A DNA stretch of 63,125 nt, the filler included, from Octopus bimaculoides (taxonomy: Eukaryota), in assembly GCF_001194135.2 (NCBI RefSeq). It is 4 parts of 4 records of this genome, joined end to end, with 100 filler letters (N's around TTAATTAATTAA, not from the genome) between each part and the next. Parts side by side here need not be neighbours in the genome. Positions count along the whole stretch, not along the records: positions 19,714 to 46,091 come from NC_068994.1; positions 46,192 to 60,574 come from NC_068983.1; 2 more parts are not named here. One strand, written 5' to 3'. The notes beneath the pieces were generated by a model. It was given only the letters and a program-made list of their open reading frames with translations. It was not told the origin of the DNA and did no database searches. How positions within the stretch are numbered: position 1 is the stretch's first letter; every line of letters starts with the position of its first letter. Both the position numbers and the translations under genes were made by a program. Positions 41,441 through 52,315 of this stretch are shown here, in pieces.

Positions 41441-41998
41441 CTGAAAAACAGTCCATTGCCTTTTCACGCAACTGTCATTTCAATGATTTAAAGCAGAAAC
41501 AGATTTAAAAAGAAAAAAAAAAAAACTTTTCTTTTTGTAGTTTATTTTGCATTTTCTTTTTCCGATTATTTAAACTTATATTCTTTGACAACATAGATAG
41601 AATACTAATTCCGTGTATGCCTCCATTCACCTCACCATCAGGAATAAGAATCAGTTTATTTGAGGAATGGTTTTGGCAGCTATCTGCAGTGTCTAGTGAG
41701 ATGAATTTTTCACACTTCAACATTTAGAGTAAGGACCTACAGGTCTTAACGATTCATGATAAAAAATCAAATCAAATTAACTTGACTTGTCTTTAAGCAA
41801 GGAAAATAACAATAATCTTCTTTGCTTAAAAGGATGAGCTAGTAATGGTTCATTGCCTTTTGCAGGATTTTGACTCGACTGGTACTTTTAACCAATTAGT
41901 GACTGTGACTAAAATCTGTTATGATAGACTATTATATTTAATATCAGCTGTGAAAATAAAAACACATAAAAACTCGCATTACATGAATAGATACTCAC

Positions 41999-42120
41999 CA
42001 CAACCTAATCACAACTTGTTGAATAGCAATGTTTAACATAAATAATCCTCTGTAGTATTTAGTGTGTGGTCCAGTACTTTGGCTTAAGGGATGGGAGTGT
42101 TGTTGCCATTTTAATTTACC
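41999..42120 (-). CDS. Candidate coding exon (…KYYRGLFMLNIAIQQVVIRL), product unknown
   Basis: Consensus donor GTGAGT at 41993-41998 and a single open frame. The acceptor is uncertain. Confidence 0.25.
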
Positions 42121-42189
42121 CTGGATTATCAAACCTCATTTTTTTTTAAAAAAAAACAATTTCCTTCTCTTCAGTATTTATGTTTGTAT

Positions 42190-42585
42190 GAATCTTTTAT
42201 CTTTGACTTGTTTCTGTCATTAGACTGTGGCCATGCTGGGGCACTGCCTTCAAGAATTTTTAGAATTTCTAGTCGAATGTCTTGATCCCAGTACTTAAGC
42301 CCAGTACTTATTCTATTGCATTCTTTTGCTGAACTGCTAAGTTTCAGACTATACCAGCACCAGTTGTCAAGTGCTGGTGAGGGGGCAAACAGACACAAAG
42401 ACACACACACACACATACAGATATATAATGGGCTTCCTTTCAGTTTCTGTCTGCCAAATTCACTCACAAGGCTTTGGTCGGCCTGAGGTTATAGTAGAAG
42501 ACACTTGCCCAAGCTGCCACACAGTGGGACTGAACCCCAAACCATGTAGTTGGGAAGCAAGCTTCTTACCACACAGCCATGCCTG
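42190..42585 (-). mobile_element. SINE family A, full length
   Basis: Reverse complement of the full family A pattern. Confidence 0.9.
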
Positions 42586-42919
42586 TATATTAACTTGTAT
42601 GCATACTTCTGTATATTAAAGTTGCATAGTTGCACAAAAATAGATTAGCTTCAAATTGGCTTTTGGCCAATTTTCTTTTTGTTGTACAGACAAGGAAGGA
42701 TATAGTTAACTGAACTCAACCACTGTTTATGATTATAGCTTTCTTTATCAGCTCTGGAAAAATGAATGGATATTAACCTATTTAGATAACCACTAAGTCC
42801 ATTCCCTTAAATGTGTCTCTGCAATCACTTGAAAAATGAGTCAATGAAGAAGAAACAGTAAACTCTCTCTCTCCCTGGCCTTGCGATCTCAACCAATCCT
42901 GTTACTGCACTAGTAAATT

Positions 42920-43256
42920 AGGGTAAAAGACCCCCTTCAGTCTTGAATGAACATGGAATTGCACTTAGAAAGTTACCCTCCGAGACACAAGTCTGGGCAA
43001 AGTTTATGGAAGACCATCAGTCACCATGCATACCAACCTCCCTTCTTCACTCCACTGATGTTGTCCAAGGGAAAGGCAAAGACCAATACAGCTTGGCACC
43101 AGTGACGTTGCAACTCATTTCTACAGCTGAGTGAGCTGGTGTAATGTGAAATAAAGTGTCTTGCTCAAGAACACAACACACAACTCTGTCTGGCAATCAA
43201 TCTCACCTCTTCATGATTGTGAGCCTGACACTATAACCTTTGAGCCATGTCCCTTT
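42920..43256 (-). mobile_element. tRNA-derived SINE (family E-like head, different tail)
   Basis: Head shares cttgagcaagacactt…cactcagctg with the 25895 SINE. The tail recurs at 50318-50482. Confidence 0.8.
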
Positions 43257-43734
43257 ACAATGAATTATCAATTTTTTTCTTTAAGTCTTGAAGAAATATA
43301 AATAACAATTAAAATTCACTGTATATGTCAATTCTGTTTTTATTATTTAACTGTTGCCATTTCGAGTATCATAGTTTAAGATTCTGTTGTCCAGTTTTGA
43401 TCCTGCATTGAGTTGATGTCATTATTTTAATGTTTGAAAAGACATGAGTACCGTCATTTAAAAACATTGTCTTTGATCAGTTTGTCAATATGTTGTTTTT
43501 GTTTTTTAACTTATATATGTGACTTAATCAGCAATGAGAGAATGGGGCTTCCAAAAATGTAGAGCAAAAATAGGAGAAAATACTGTTTTGATCTCTGTCT
43601 GCAACAAAGGGATAATTATCTCTGAATGATGGGTAGATTATGATACTTTTGTGTGGGGAAAAGTATTATTGCATAGCTGTGAATTATAGACACTGAATGT
43701 AGAGGTGGTACAAGGATCGGAAAGAAATGAAATG

Positions 43735-44005
43735 GACACGATCTGCTGGCTGTGTAATGTTAGTGTGCATGAATGATGAAGTACAAATAAGCAGAGAGTA
43801 GATAGATATAAGAGGAATCAGTTGTAGTGTGCAAGAGAGGAGACTGTGCTGGTACAGATATGTGGTGCATATGAAGGCTGACAGTTGGGTAAAGAAGTGT
43901 CAAGCAATCCAGGTGGAAGGAATTTGCAGAAGAGGAAAACCTGGGAAGAATGAATGATAAAATCCTTCTGAAGGAGATGACAAGAAACCACAAGTGACAA
44001 GATGT
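43735..44005 (+). mobile_element. RTE LINE 3' fragment
   Basis: Remnants IRGI.CSVQERRLCWY..V.HMK.DSWVKKCQ.I.VEG..RRGKP. Confidence 0.8.
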
Positions 44006-44107
44006 TGCACTGCATAATTCTAGTCTATTCTTTGTAAGCATGAAAAACCTCAAGAAATTGTTTTATATGTTTGTAAGCATAATTTAGATGAAACTGTAAA
44101 TTCAGAT

Positions 44108-44416
44108 ACAGTTCTATATTTAAGAGATGAGGAATTATTTACATTATTTACATTATTTACATTTGACGGATATTCGTCCTCATCTTGTTTGTTGTTAACA
44201 CAACGTTTCGGCTGATATACCCTCCAGCCTTCATCAGGTGTCTTGGGGAAATTTCGAACCTGGGTTCTCATTCCTATCGATGTTACTATTATTATTATTA
44301 TATTATTATTATATTATTATTATTATTATTACTATTATTAATCAGGTCGCTGCCGTGAATCGAACTCGGAACCTTGGGGTTAGTAGCCCGCGCTTTTAAC
44401 CACTACGCCATACGCC
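44108..44416 (-). mobile_element. tRNA-headed SINE-like element with internal hammerhead ribozyme and (GTAAATAAT)3 tail
   Basis: tRNA-like head 44345-44416 (A box tggcgtagtgg, B box gagttcgattc), (AAT)-rich linker, conserved body, tandem 9-mer tail. Confidence 0.85.
44197..44242 (-). ncRNA. Minimal type-I hammerhead ribozyme
   Basis: gacac-CTGATGA-a-ggctg(gagggtatat)cagcc-GAAA-cgtt-gtgtt: stem I gacac/gtgtt, stem II of 5 bp, palindromic stem III AACGTT, GUU cleavage triplet. Confidence 0.8.
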
Positions 44417-45776
44417 AGATGTTATGCCTTATCTCAGCTTCATTATGAAATGGTGATGATAACTATTTCTTCAGTAGGAGTTAATGCAGTGTCAATGCAT
44501 TGATCTTGAGCTCAGTAGTTTAATTCTGAAACACTTTGGCCTCAACTACTGATCCCTCAAAAATAACCCTAAACTAGCTATGCTGTCAATTTTCTCTCAT
44601 GCTCCAAACTTGTTCAGTTGTCAAACCATTATAAGACATCTAAAATAAGTTACCCATTAGTCGATAACTCCACTTTGGTTGTTTTTGAAACCCACTCAAC
44701 ATCTAAATTGCAGGAACAATTTAGATAACAATCTGTATGTAAACCTACTTATATTTCTTCTCTATACCCATACAAATCTTCTGACATCTAAATTAGTCCC
44801 AGAATACACTGCAACATGTCATATCTTGTGTTGGTGCTGTGGGTCACTTCCAAAAAGGTGATTGCTATTTATATAACCATTTCAATATGTCGGTTCATAT
44901 AGGCTATTCAACAACAGTACAACAGGGTTAATGAAGATATCTCTACATGGTACTTGACCTGCTAGAAATAGCAGCCATATCTCAAATCACACCTTAATAT
45001 CCTACATAGAGAAACTTCATGGGATGATTATGAATGAAATTCTTTTCTTAATAGTTCTATTGATTCAAAGTTGACTTGGGGTTGTACAATACATTTGTCA
45101 ATTCTTTGTGGTGTTGGTTTTTATATCAAAGGTAAAAAAATTTCTCTTTATTGTTTCTGTTAACCTATTTACTGACAGGGCTGACTTTATGAGGGGAAAA
45201 GTGGGACAATCATCTAGGCTAAACTGGCTTGGCTATTTGCACCCCCCCCCCACACACACACATTCCATCTATAGAAAAACTGAGACAATCTTTGGCTTAT
45301 TGAATTAAATATATTTAGTTGTTAGTTATACAATGTTCTGATTACAGCATAATTCTGCCAATTATAATGCAAAGATTGAGGTTGAAGTATGAAATTTTTT
45401 AAATATTCTAATTCTTAGCAGCAAGGAATGACAAGGAGATACAGTTTCATTAGTGTTATCTGTCATGCAGCCAGAGATTGAGAAATAGATTTTTCTGCTA
45501 CAGTAGCAGATTCAATTAGATTTATAAAGCATGTTTCCAGAAAAAGCCATAGAAATTAAAAACAAGTATATATGATATGAAATATTATGACAAAACTGCA
45601 GCTGTTTGCATTTTTTTTGTTGTTGTTTTTAAAACATAAAGATGTAAATAATGTGTTGAATGATAAAGAAAGAACTTATTTATTTTCTAGCAATATTCAC
45701 AACCCACATTCATACTGAGGGCATTGAACTGAAGATTGTTTAAGCAAAGCATCTTGCTGCATCAATCTGTCTAGTG

Positions 45777-46023
45777 CAGGGGTTTTCAAACTGTGGTCCG
45801 TGGACAGCAAATACTTTTTATGGGCAATTTGATTTTGTTTTTTAATCGAAATCTTTTAATTGACAATAAACCTATTTGTTAAATACTGTTAAATAAATAA
45901 ATGTAAAAATGTTATTTTAAGCAAATATTTATGTATAAATTTCATAAGCGTTTATAAGGGGGTCCCTAAGGTAAAGCCTGAAATATAAAGGGGTCCGCAA
46001 GTCAAAAAGTTTGAAAATCCCTG
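45777..46023. mobile_element. hAT MITE (second family) with 8-bp TSD
   Basis: TIRs caggggttttcaaact / agtttgaaaatccctg. TSD gtctagtg / atctagtg. Confidence 0.9.
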
Positions 46024-46091
46024 ATCTAGTGTACCAAGATAAGGGTCCTGACTCCACTTCTTGACTTGTGAAATAAATTTTAATATTAGAA

Positions 46092-46191
46092 NNNNNNNNN
46101 NNNNNNNNNNNNNNNNNNNNNNNNNNNNNNNNNNNTTAATTAATTAANNNNNNNNNNNNNNNNNNNNNNNNNNNNNNNNNNNNNNNNNNNN
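46092..46191. other. Artificial 100-bp scaffold spacer
   Basis: 44 N + TTAATTAATTAA + 44 N. Confidence 0.95.
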
Positions 46192-46289
46192 AAGCTGCTG
46201 AAGTGGTCGCTGGCTGCTGCTGCTGTCGTGTGGTACACGGAACAGTTCTCAAAGAGAAACTGGACCGAGCCAAATTATTGGGTATGAGT

Positions 46290-46445
46290 TAAAGCTATTT
46301 ATAACAAACTATGGGCTCCCGATGGCTTCAGAATTTTACTCTATCACGTGACCTTATTAGGGGCCGTGATTGGTCAGTTTGCGTTCTGGCGGGAACGGTT
46401 CGAAGAAGTTGCCGATTCGAATAATGATCAGTCACGTGATGACAA
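46290..46445. promoter_or_regulatory. Promoter-like motif cluster
   Basis: E-boxes atcacgtgac (46343-46352) and gtcacgtgat (46431-46440), reverse CCAAT (gattggtc, 46368), E2F-like ggcgggaa (46388), two TTCGAA, and minus-strand TATAAATAG (46295-46303). CpG-rich and non-repetitive. Confidence 0.55.
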
Positions 46446-46783
46446 GGAATGGGTTCTCTACTACGCTCGCATTTATTTATATTTAAATGAGAAGAATGGC
46501 GATAGCAGTTTTGTATCTAATGACGATAGGTAGTTTCTCTACATATATATATATATATAAGCGTGGAATTGAGCTTCTGGCACTACGATGGCAACAAACA
46601 ATAGAATATGATGGGATAAGCGTTATTCTTATGCAATTTGTTTGAACTATTAAAGATGAAATACGAAAAAACATTTGACTCAATCTGGTATATATTCATA
46701 CATTCATGAATACAGACCAGCATTCGCCATGACAGATCGCTAGCCACTACACATTCTTTATTTTCTCTGTTTCTTTCTGTGTT

Positions 46784-46821
46784 CCTTTCTGTGGAAGAGC
46801 GTAGGCTCGAAACGTTAAAGA
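46784..46821 (+). ncRNA. Hammerhead-like motif, variant core CUGUGGA
   Basis: ccttt-CTGTGGA-a-gagc(gtag)gctc-GAAA-cgtt-aaaga. Confidence 0.45.
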
Positions 46822-47417
46822 CTTTTTCACTTCTCGAGCGTTAAACTAATACATCTGTTTGTTGTCTACACCACCTGTCTTCGTATTTTGTTTTTTTGTG
46901 AATTCTCCCTACACACACACGCACACACACACGCACGCACACACGCACACACGCATACACACACACACACACACACATATATTACTTGGTAATAACAATG
47001 CCCCGTTGTCCAGTGCCAAAGGGTTTCAAATGAAGCATTACAAAAAGAGGTTCAATAATATGTGCTAGTGGTGGTGGCGGTGGTGGTTTACATAAAATAT
47101 GATAAAAGGAAGAAGAGGAATGGGATTGAGTAAAACATGAATACATAATATACAAATACATAAATACTCCGATGACACGGTCCTCTGAATACAGAAGGAC
47201 CTCCAACTAGAGCGAACCAGGAAACCCCACATGTTCAAGGTTGCCCCAGTCATGAAGTGCAAGTACCCACCCTTTGCTGTTGTTCTCTGATCTCCAGGTA
47301 TGTGTTTAGAGTATTTTCATGCACTCTAAGCGTTTTTGCCTGGGTGTGCCTTTTAGTATTGAATAGCGATTCACTGCAGACGTTATGCCTATACTAGAAA
47401 AAGTTATATTTCACACA

Positions 47418-47640
47418 AGGTGGCGAGCAGGCAGAATCGTTAGTATGCCGGACGAAATGCTTAGCGGCATTTCTTTTAGCTTTATATCTCATACAAAGAC
47501 AACGAATTAGTTAAGCTGTTAAAGGGTCAGACAAAATGGTTTATGGTATCGTTGTTATTCTCTGTATCTTGAGTTCAAATCCTGTCGAATCATCTCCGTC
47601 ATTTATCCATTCTGTTTGTTAGTCAAGTGCTGCGATTGAT
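47418..47640 (+). mobile_element. SINE family B, interrupted or decayed
   Basis: aaggtggcgagcaggcagaatcgttag…gagttcaaatcc. Confidence 0.65.
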
Positions 47641-48985
47641 TCTTCTTTTGTGCTGTAACGGAAACTCAAATTCTGTCTGAGAATTCTGAGGTCTTTTGAA
47701 TGTGTAATTAAATTTTATGGTCATTTTGTAATGATGTTAAATATCCACCAAGGAAACAGAATTGATATATTTTCTGCTTCTGCAATACTTTTACATGTAG
47801 ATACTGCATTCATATCCTCCACTAAATGTACTTGATTCTTGATCTGCAATTATAAAAGAAAAGAAAAAAAAAAATGAAAAATTATCTTTTGTAAAGAGTG
47901 TAATTGGGCGTCTCCAGTTCTCGCAGTATCAGAATTTTTCAGTGGTGCTTTCTCCAGTTATTAGGGATAACATTTTGAACAGAAACATCTGCTTTCCTTG
48001 TTCAAAGGATTAAATGTCAAGGTATACCTGAGAGGCGGAATACTCAGCCACCATCATATTAATTGTGATTTCATGACCAGGAATACAATTATTGAACAAC
48101 TGACGGCTAATCGTCGATGCCGGCGGGGAATCCAACTAATACCTTGCATCATACCACTCTCCGTCTCTCTTCCTCCCCCGCTATTTATCGTTACTCGCTC
48201 AAACGTACACATAGATGTGAGATGTTTGTGTGTTGTGTATGTATGTATGTATGTGTGTCTATGTATGTGTGTGTATGTATGTGTGTGTATGTGTGAGTGT
48301 GTATGCGCGCGCGCGTGTGTAATTATATCCTTTCCGGGCACACATCGGCTACATCATAAAGACGTTTTCATTATAGATAATTGTTTATCCTATAAAGAAA
48401 TAATTTTTTCGATGTCTTCCAAGTGCAAACGAATGACTAATTGCGGCAACAGCTATTAATAACAGCCTGGAGCAAAATTTATCCTGCAAATCCATTTTTA
48501 GTGTATTATTTCTTCACAGGAAGCATTAGTAAACAATTAAATTGATCTAATTCATTGAAATATTAATTGGTACCTAAATATCTATATATATTCTATACTA
48601 AATGCAATTTCTTTTCCGTCTAATATGGAAATAAGAATATTACAAGGAAAGAATTTGAAGGTGACTTTTTTCGTTCGTTCATTCATTCATTCATTCATTC
48701 ATTTACACTTACATGTGAAGAACCCCAAATTTCTCGTTAGAATTTCCCTTCTAAGAGAATGTAAATTTGTGTAATAAAATGTCTGAAGGGGAGTTGATTT
48801 CTGGTCGACTCAACGTCTGTTGTACCATTGGTGTTATGGTTGATTGCACTGAAAGTCGGTTCAGTGCTATGCAACACCTTATCCACTGAAAGCAAATTCA
48901 CACATAGGAATTTCTTGGAGTCTAGCAACATTTGCATGAACTTACTGAGTTTAGGAAGTGGTTTTCCTCGCTCACGAGTTGACTT

Positions 48986-49053
<68 letters not shown>

Positions 49054-49099
49054 CGTGTGAGAGAGTTGGCATGTGAAAGCACGTAGTTGGATGTATAAA

Positions 49100-49527
49100 A
49101 AACAAAATAGAATGAAAAAACTACAGTAGAAGTGTATTATATGGTTAAAAATATATTAAAATCGTNNNNNNNNNNTACAGTAGAAGTGTATTATATGGTT
49201 AAAAATATATTAAAATCATCATGTTAGGAATATATTATAAAAATATTGTTGTATAGTGACATTGTTTTTGGAGAATTAACCGGTTTCTCATTTTCTTTTC
49301 GAATTTCTCAAATTTCTTTACCGTTGTTGTGTCATCTATTCGCGACAATAACGATAAAGAAATTTGAGGAATTTGAAAAGAAAATGCGAAACTAGTTATT
49401 TCTCCAAAAACGATGTCACTATACACAAAATTTTATATCATTTTATCATTTTCCTAACATGACAATTTAAATGTATTTTTTAACCATATAATACAAATCT
49501 TCTGTAGTTTTTTCACTCTATTTTGTT
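49100..49527. mobile_element. Long foldback palindrome (MITE-like)
   Basis: Inverted arms meeting near 49330-49345, flanked by TA-rich sequence. Confidence 0.8.
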
Positions 49528-49637
49528 ATATATATATATATATATATGGGAGAATATACAAAAAATAACAACAGACGAGGACAGGTGGTGTAAATAACAA
49601 AAGTATATATTAGTATGACGCTCGGGAATACGGAAAG

Positions 49638-49674
49638 TCTTTGACGTTTCGAGCTACGCTCTTCAACAGAAAGA
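49638..49674 (-). ncRNA. Hammerhead-like motif, variant core CUGUUGA
   Basis: tcttt-CTGTTGA-a-gagc(gta)gctc-GAAA-cgtc-aaaga, inside a repeat spanning about 49553-49724. Confidence 0.5.
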
Positions 49675-50281
49675 ATACGGAGACAAGGAGAAAAACACGG
49701 AGAAAAAAAAATGAATAGTGTTCAGTCAACGGTCCGTAAATATACAGGGATTAGCATTGAGTTGCTTCTCCAACATACTGAAAATTTAGAAATAGCAGTC
49801 AAAAAACTACTGATTCTAAACTACAATTTTTTCTCTAAATGGATGGCGATATTTATGGCGCNNNNNNNNNNNNNNNNNNNNNNNNNNNNNNNNNNNNNNN
49901 NNNNNNNNNNNNNNNNNNNNNNNNNNNNNNNNNNNNNNNNNNNNNNNNNNNNNNNNNNNNNNNNNNNNNNNNNNNNNNNNNNNNNNNNNNNNNNNNNNNN
50001 NNNNNNNNNNNNNNNNNNNNNNNNNNNNNNNNNNNNNNNNNNNNNNNNNNNNNNNNNNNNNNNNNNNNNNNNNNNNNNNNNNNNNNNNNNNNNNNNNNNN
50101 NNNNNNNNNNNNNNNNNNNNNNNNNNNNNNNNNNNNNNNNNNNNNNNNNNNNNNNNNNNNNNNNNNNNNNNNNNNNNNNNNNNNNNNNNNNNNNNNNNNN
50201 NNNNNNNNNNNNNNNNNNNNNNNNNNNNNNNNNNNNNNNNNNNNNNNNNNNNNNNNNNNNNNNNNNNNNNNNNNNNNNNNN

Positions 50282-50317
<36 letters not shown>

Positions 50318-50320
<3 letters not shown>

Positions 50321-50482
50321 ACCCCCTTCCGTCACGAATGACCATGGGATTACACATAGAAAGTTCCCATCCGAGTTACAAGTCTGGGCAAGGTATTTAT
50401 AGAAGACAAGCAGTCGCCCATGCATACCAGCTTCCCTTCTCCACTCCCCCGATCTTATCCAAGGAAAAGGCAAAGGCCGATA
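50318..50482 (-). mobile_element. SINE tail fragment (same tail as 42920-43256)
   Basis: aagacccccttccgtcacgaatgaccatgg…caagtctgggcaa. Confidence 0.75.
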
Positions 50483-50547
50483 TATACACACATTTGTGTG
50501 TATGTGTGTGTGTGAGTGTGTGTATTGTACGTATGTATAAATATATA

Positions 50548-50935
50548 CAAGGGATGTCTAGAAAAAGGTGTAAAGTGAGCATAACGTTTTTATTAACTGA
50601 CATAGACAATTCAATTTTAAATATTGATGTAATAACTCTTCCTCTATATATTCAAGATAGTCTCCATCTCAAGCGATGCATTTGCGGCATCGCTGAACCC
50701 AATTCATTGTGATCTGTTGCAGACACTTCTTCACAACCACTTTCTGATACACATTTGTGCTGTCAAAAATCTTTATTGTCAGTGGAAGTCAGAGGGTGCT
50801 AGAACCGGATTGTACTGTGGATGGCAGTGGAAGTCACTGACCAGTCCAACTTCACAAGTGACTGATTTGTCGCCAAAGATGTAGTGTAGTCACACATTGT
50901 CATGGTTAACGTGGATCATTTTCAGATTCTTGTTC
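50548..50935 (-). mobile_element. mariner transposon 3' fragment with right TIR
   Basis: HPQYNPVLAPSDFH (the YSPDLAP motif) and VQRCRKCIA*DGDYLE. TIR-like caagggatgtctagaaaa follows a TA. Confidence 0.85.
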
Positions 50936-52022
50936 GGTCTTTTCTTCCTTATGGCTGCTCTAAGATTTTTTTAGAGTCTCAATACTCCGCTCGCTCTCCA
51001 CGGTACAGTTACGTTCCAGAAAATCAAGGATGTGTTTGTTATCCACTCCAAACAAAGTAGTCGCGTAAGACTGCATAGTGACTGGAAAGTGTAGGAAAAA
51101 GATAATTGCTTAGGGAATAAAAAACTCTCAGACACCGGCTTCACGAAAAACCCCCACCAAAACCAAAGAAGCATTACCATATTTAATGTAAGGAGCATTA
51201 AAATGCTAATTATAAGCAAAAGTAATTATGTCGTGACAAAAAACAGTATTGCTGAATGACAAATACTATAAATACTGTTTGGAGCTTTGTGCCTATATTA
51301 CAAGACAATGTTATTATCTTTATTCTGGGAGTTTACATAGACAGCTAGAAGCACACAAGCTATGAACTTGCCATCCATTGATAAAAAGGAGCAAGGAGAC
51401 CTTGGGAAAGAGTGGCCTCGCCAAACTTCATGAAAACAATGTCTTTAGTGATGTTCATACGACCCAACTGTTTAAGGAAACTACCATCGCGATGAATATG
51501 GAACACACAAATTCAATAATTTCAGTATTCAGTGAAATTTCAGTTGGCTTTTTAAATCAAATATTTCGGTAACTCTTTCAGAAAATGCACGGATTTTATA
51601 ACTTCGATTATTTCCTCATTTTCCCCTTAATAAACATGAATAAAATCAATTTATCATTTAAATGTATATATATTTTTAACTCTTATATCAAATAAGTTGA
51701 ATGTGGATTGAAGGAAATCTAGAATTAGATTCCTCGTTAAATTAACAGGAAGTATTTATAGGTTATTTGATATATTTAGCTTTCAAGCTATCAAATGACA
51801 CATCATCATGTCCTCAAGGAATATTCATCTGTAAACGATAAAACCCATAAAATAAAACCCGTTAGTTACAATTTAAAAGAGGAAGTAAGTATCTTCTTGA
51901 ATACCAGAGACTGCAACTATTTGTGTAAACAGATCCTCATTTAGAGTTCATTAATGTGATGAAATAGGATTGCAGATGGTCTAGTGGGTTGAGTGGTGCG
52001 GTACTACATTACACAGCGGAGT

Positions 52023-52209
52023 ATCTAGCAGTTTTGGGGGGCGGGTTAAGTTGATTATATCGACTCCAGTATTTATTTATTTATCGATCTCGAAAGGACG
52101 AAAGGCAAAGTAGACCTCGGCGGAATTTGAATTCATAACGTAAAGACGGACGAAATGCCGCTAAGCATTTTCCCCGGCGTCCTAATGATTTTGCCAGTTC
52201 GCCGCCTTT
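52023..52209 (-). mobile_element. SINE family B
   Basis: gaaaggcaaagtagacctcggcggaatttgaa…gccagttcgccgccttt. Confidence 0.85.
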
Positions 52210-52237
52210 GCAAACACACACACGCACGCACGTACAT

Positions 52238-52243
<6 letters not shown>

Positions 52244-52313
<70 letters not shown>
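52244..52313. repeat. (CA)n microsatellite
   Basis: Perfect run. Confidence 0.95.

Positions 52314-52315
<2 letters not shown>

Noticed and set aside
44345-44416. Functional tRNA gene
   Set aside because: The acceptor stem does not pair and the T-stem has a mismatch; it is better explained as a SINE head.
47170-47303. Plus-strand exon ending at ccag|gtatgt
   Set aside because: The ATG-initiated frame stops before the donor, and there is no acceptor or homology support.
49122-49217. Direct repeat of about 42 bp either side of a 10-N gap
   Set aside because: Typical unmerged contig overlap, i.e. an assembly artefact.
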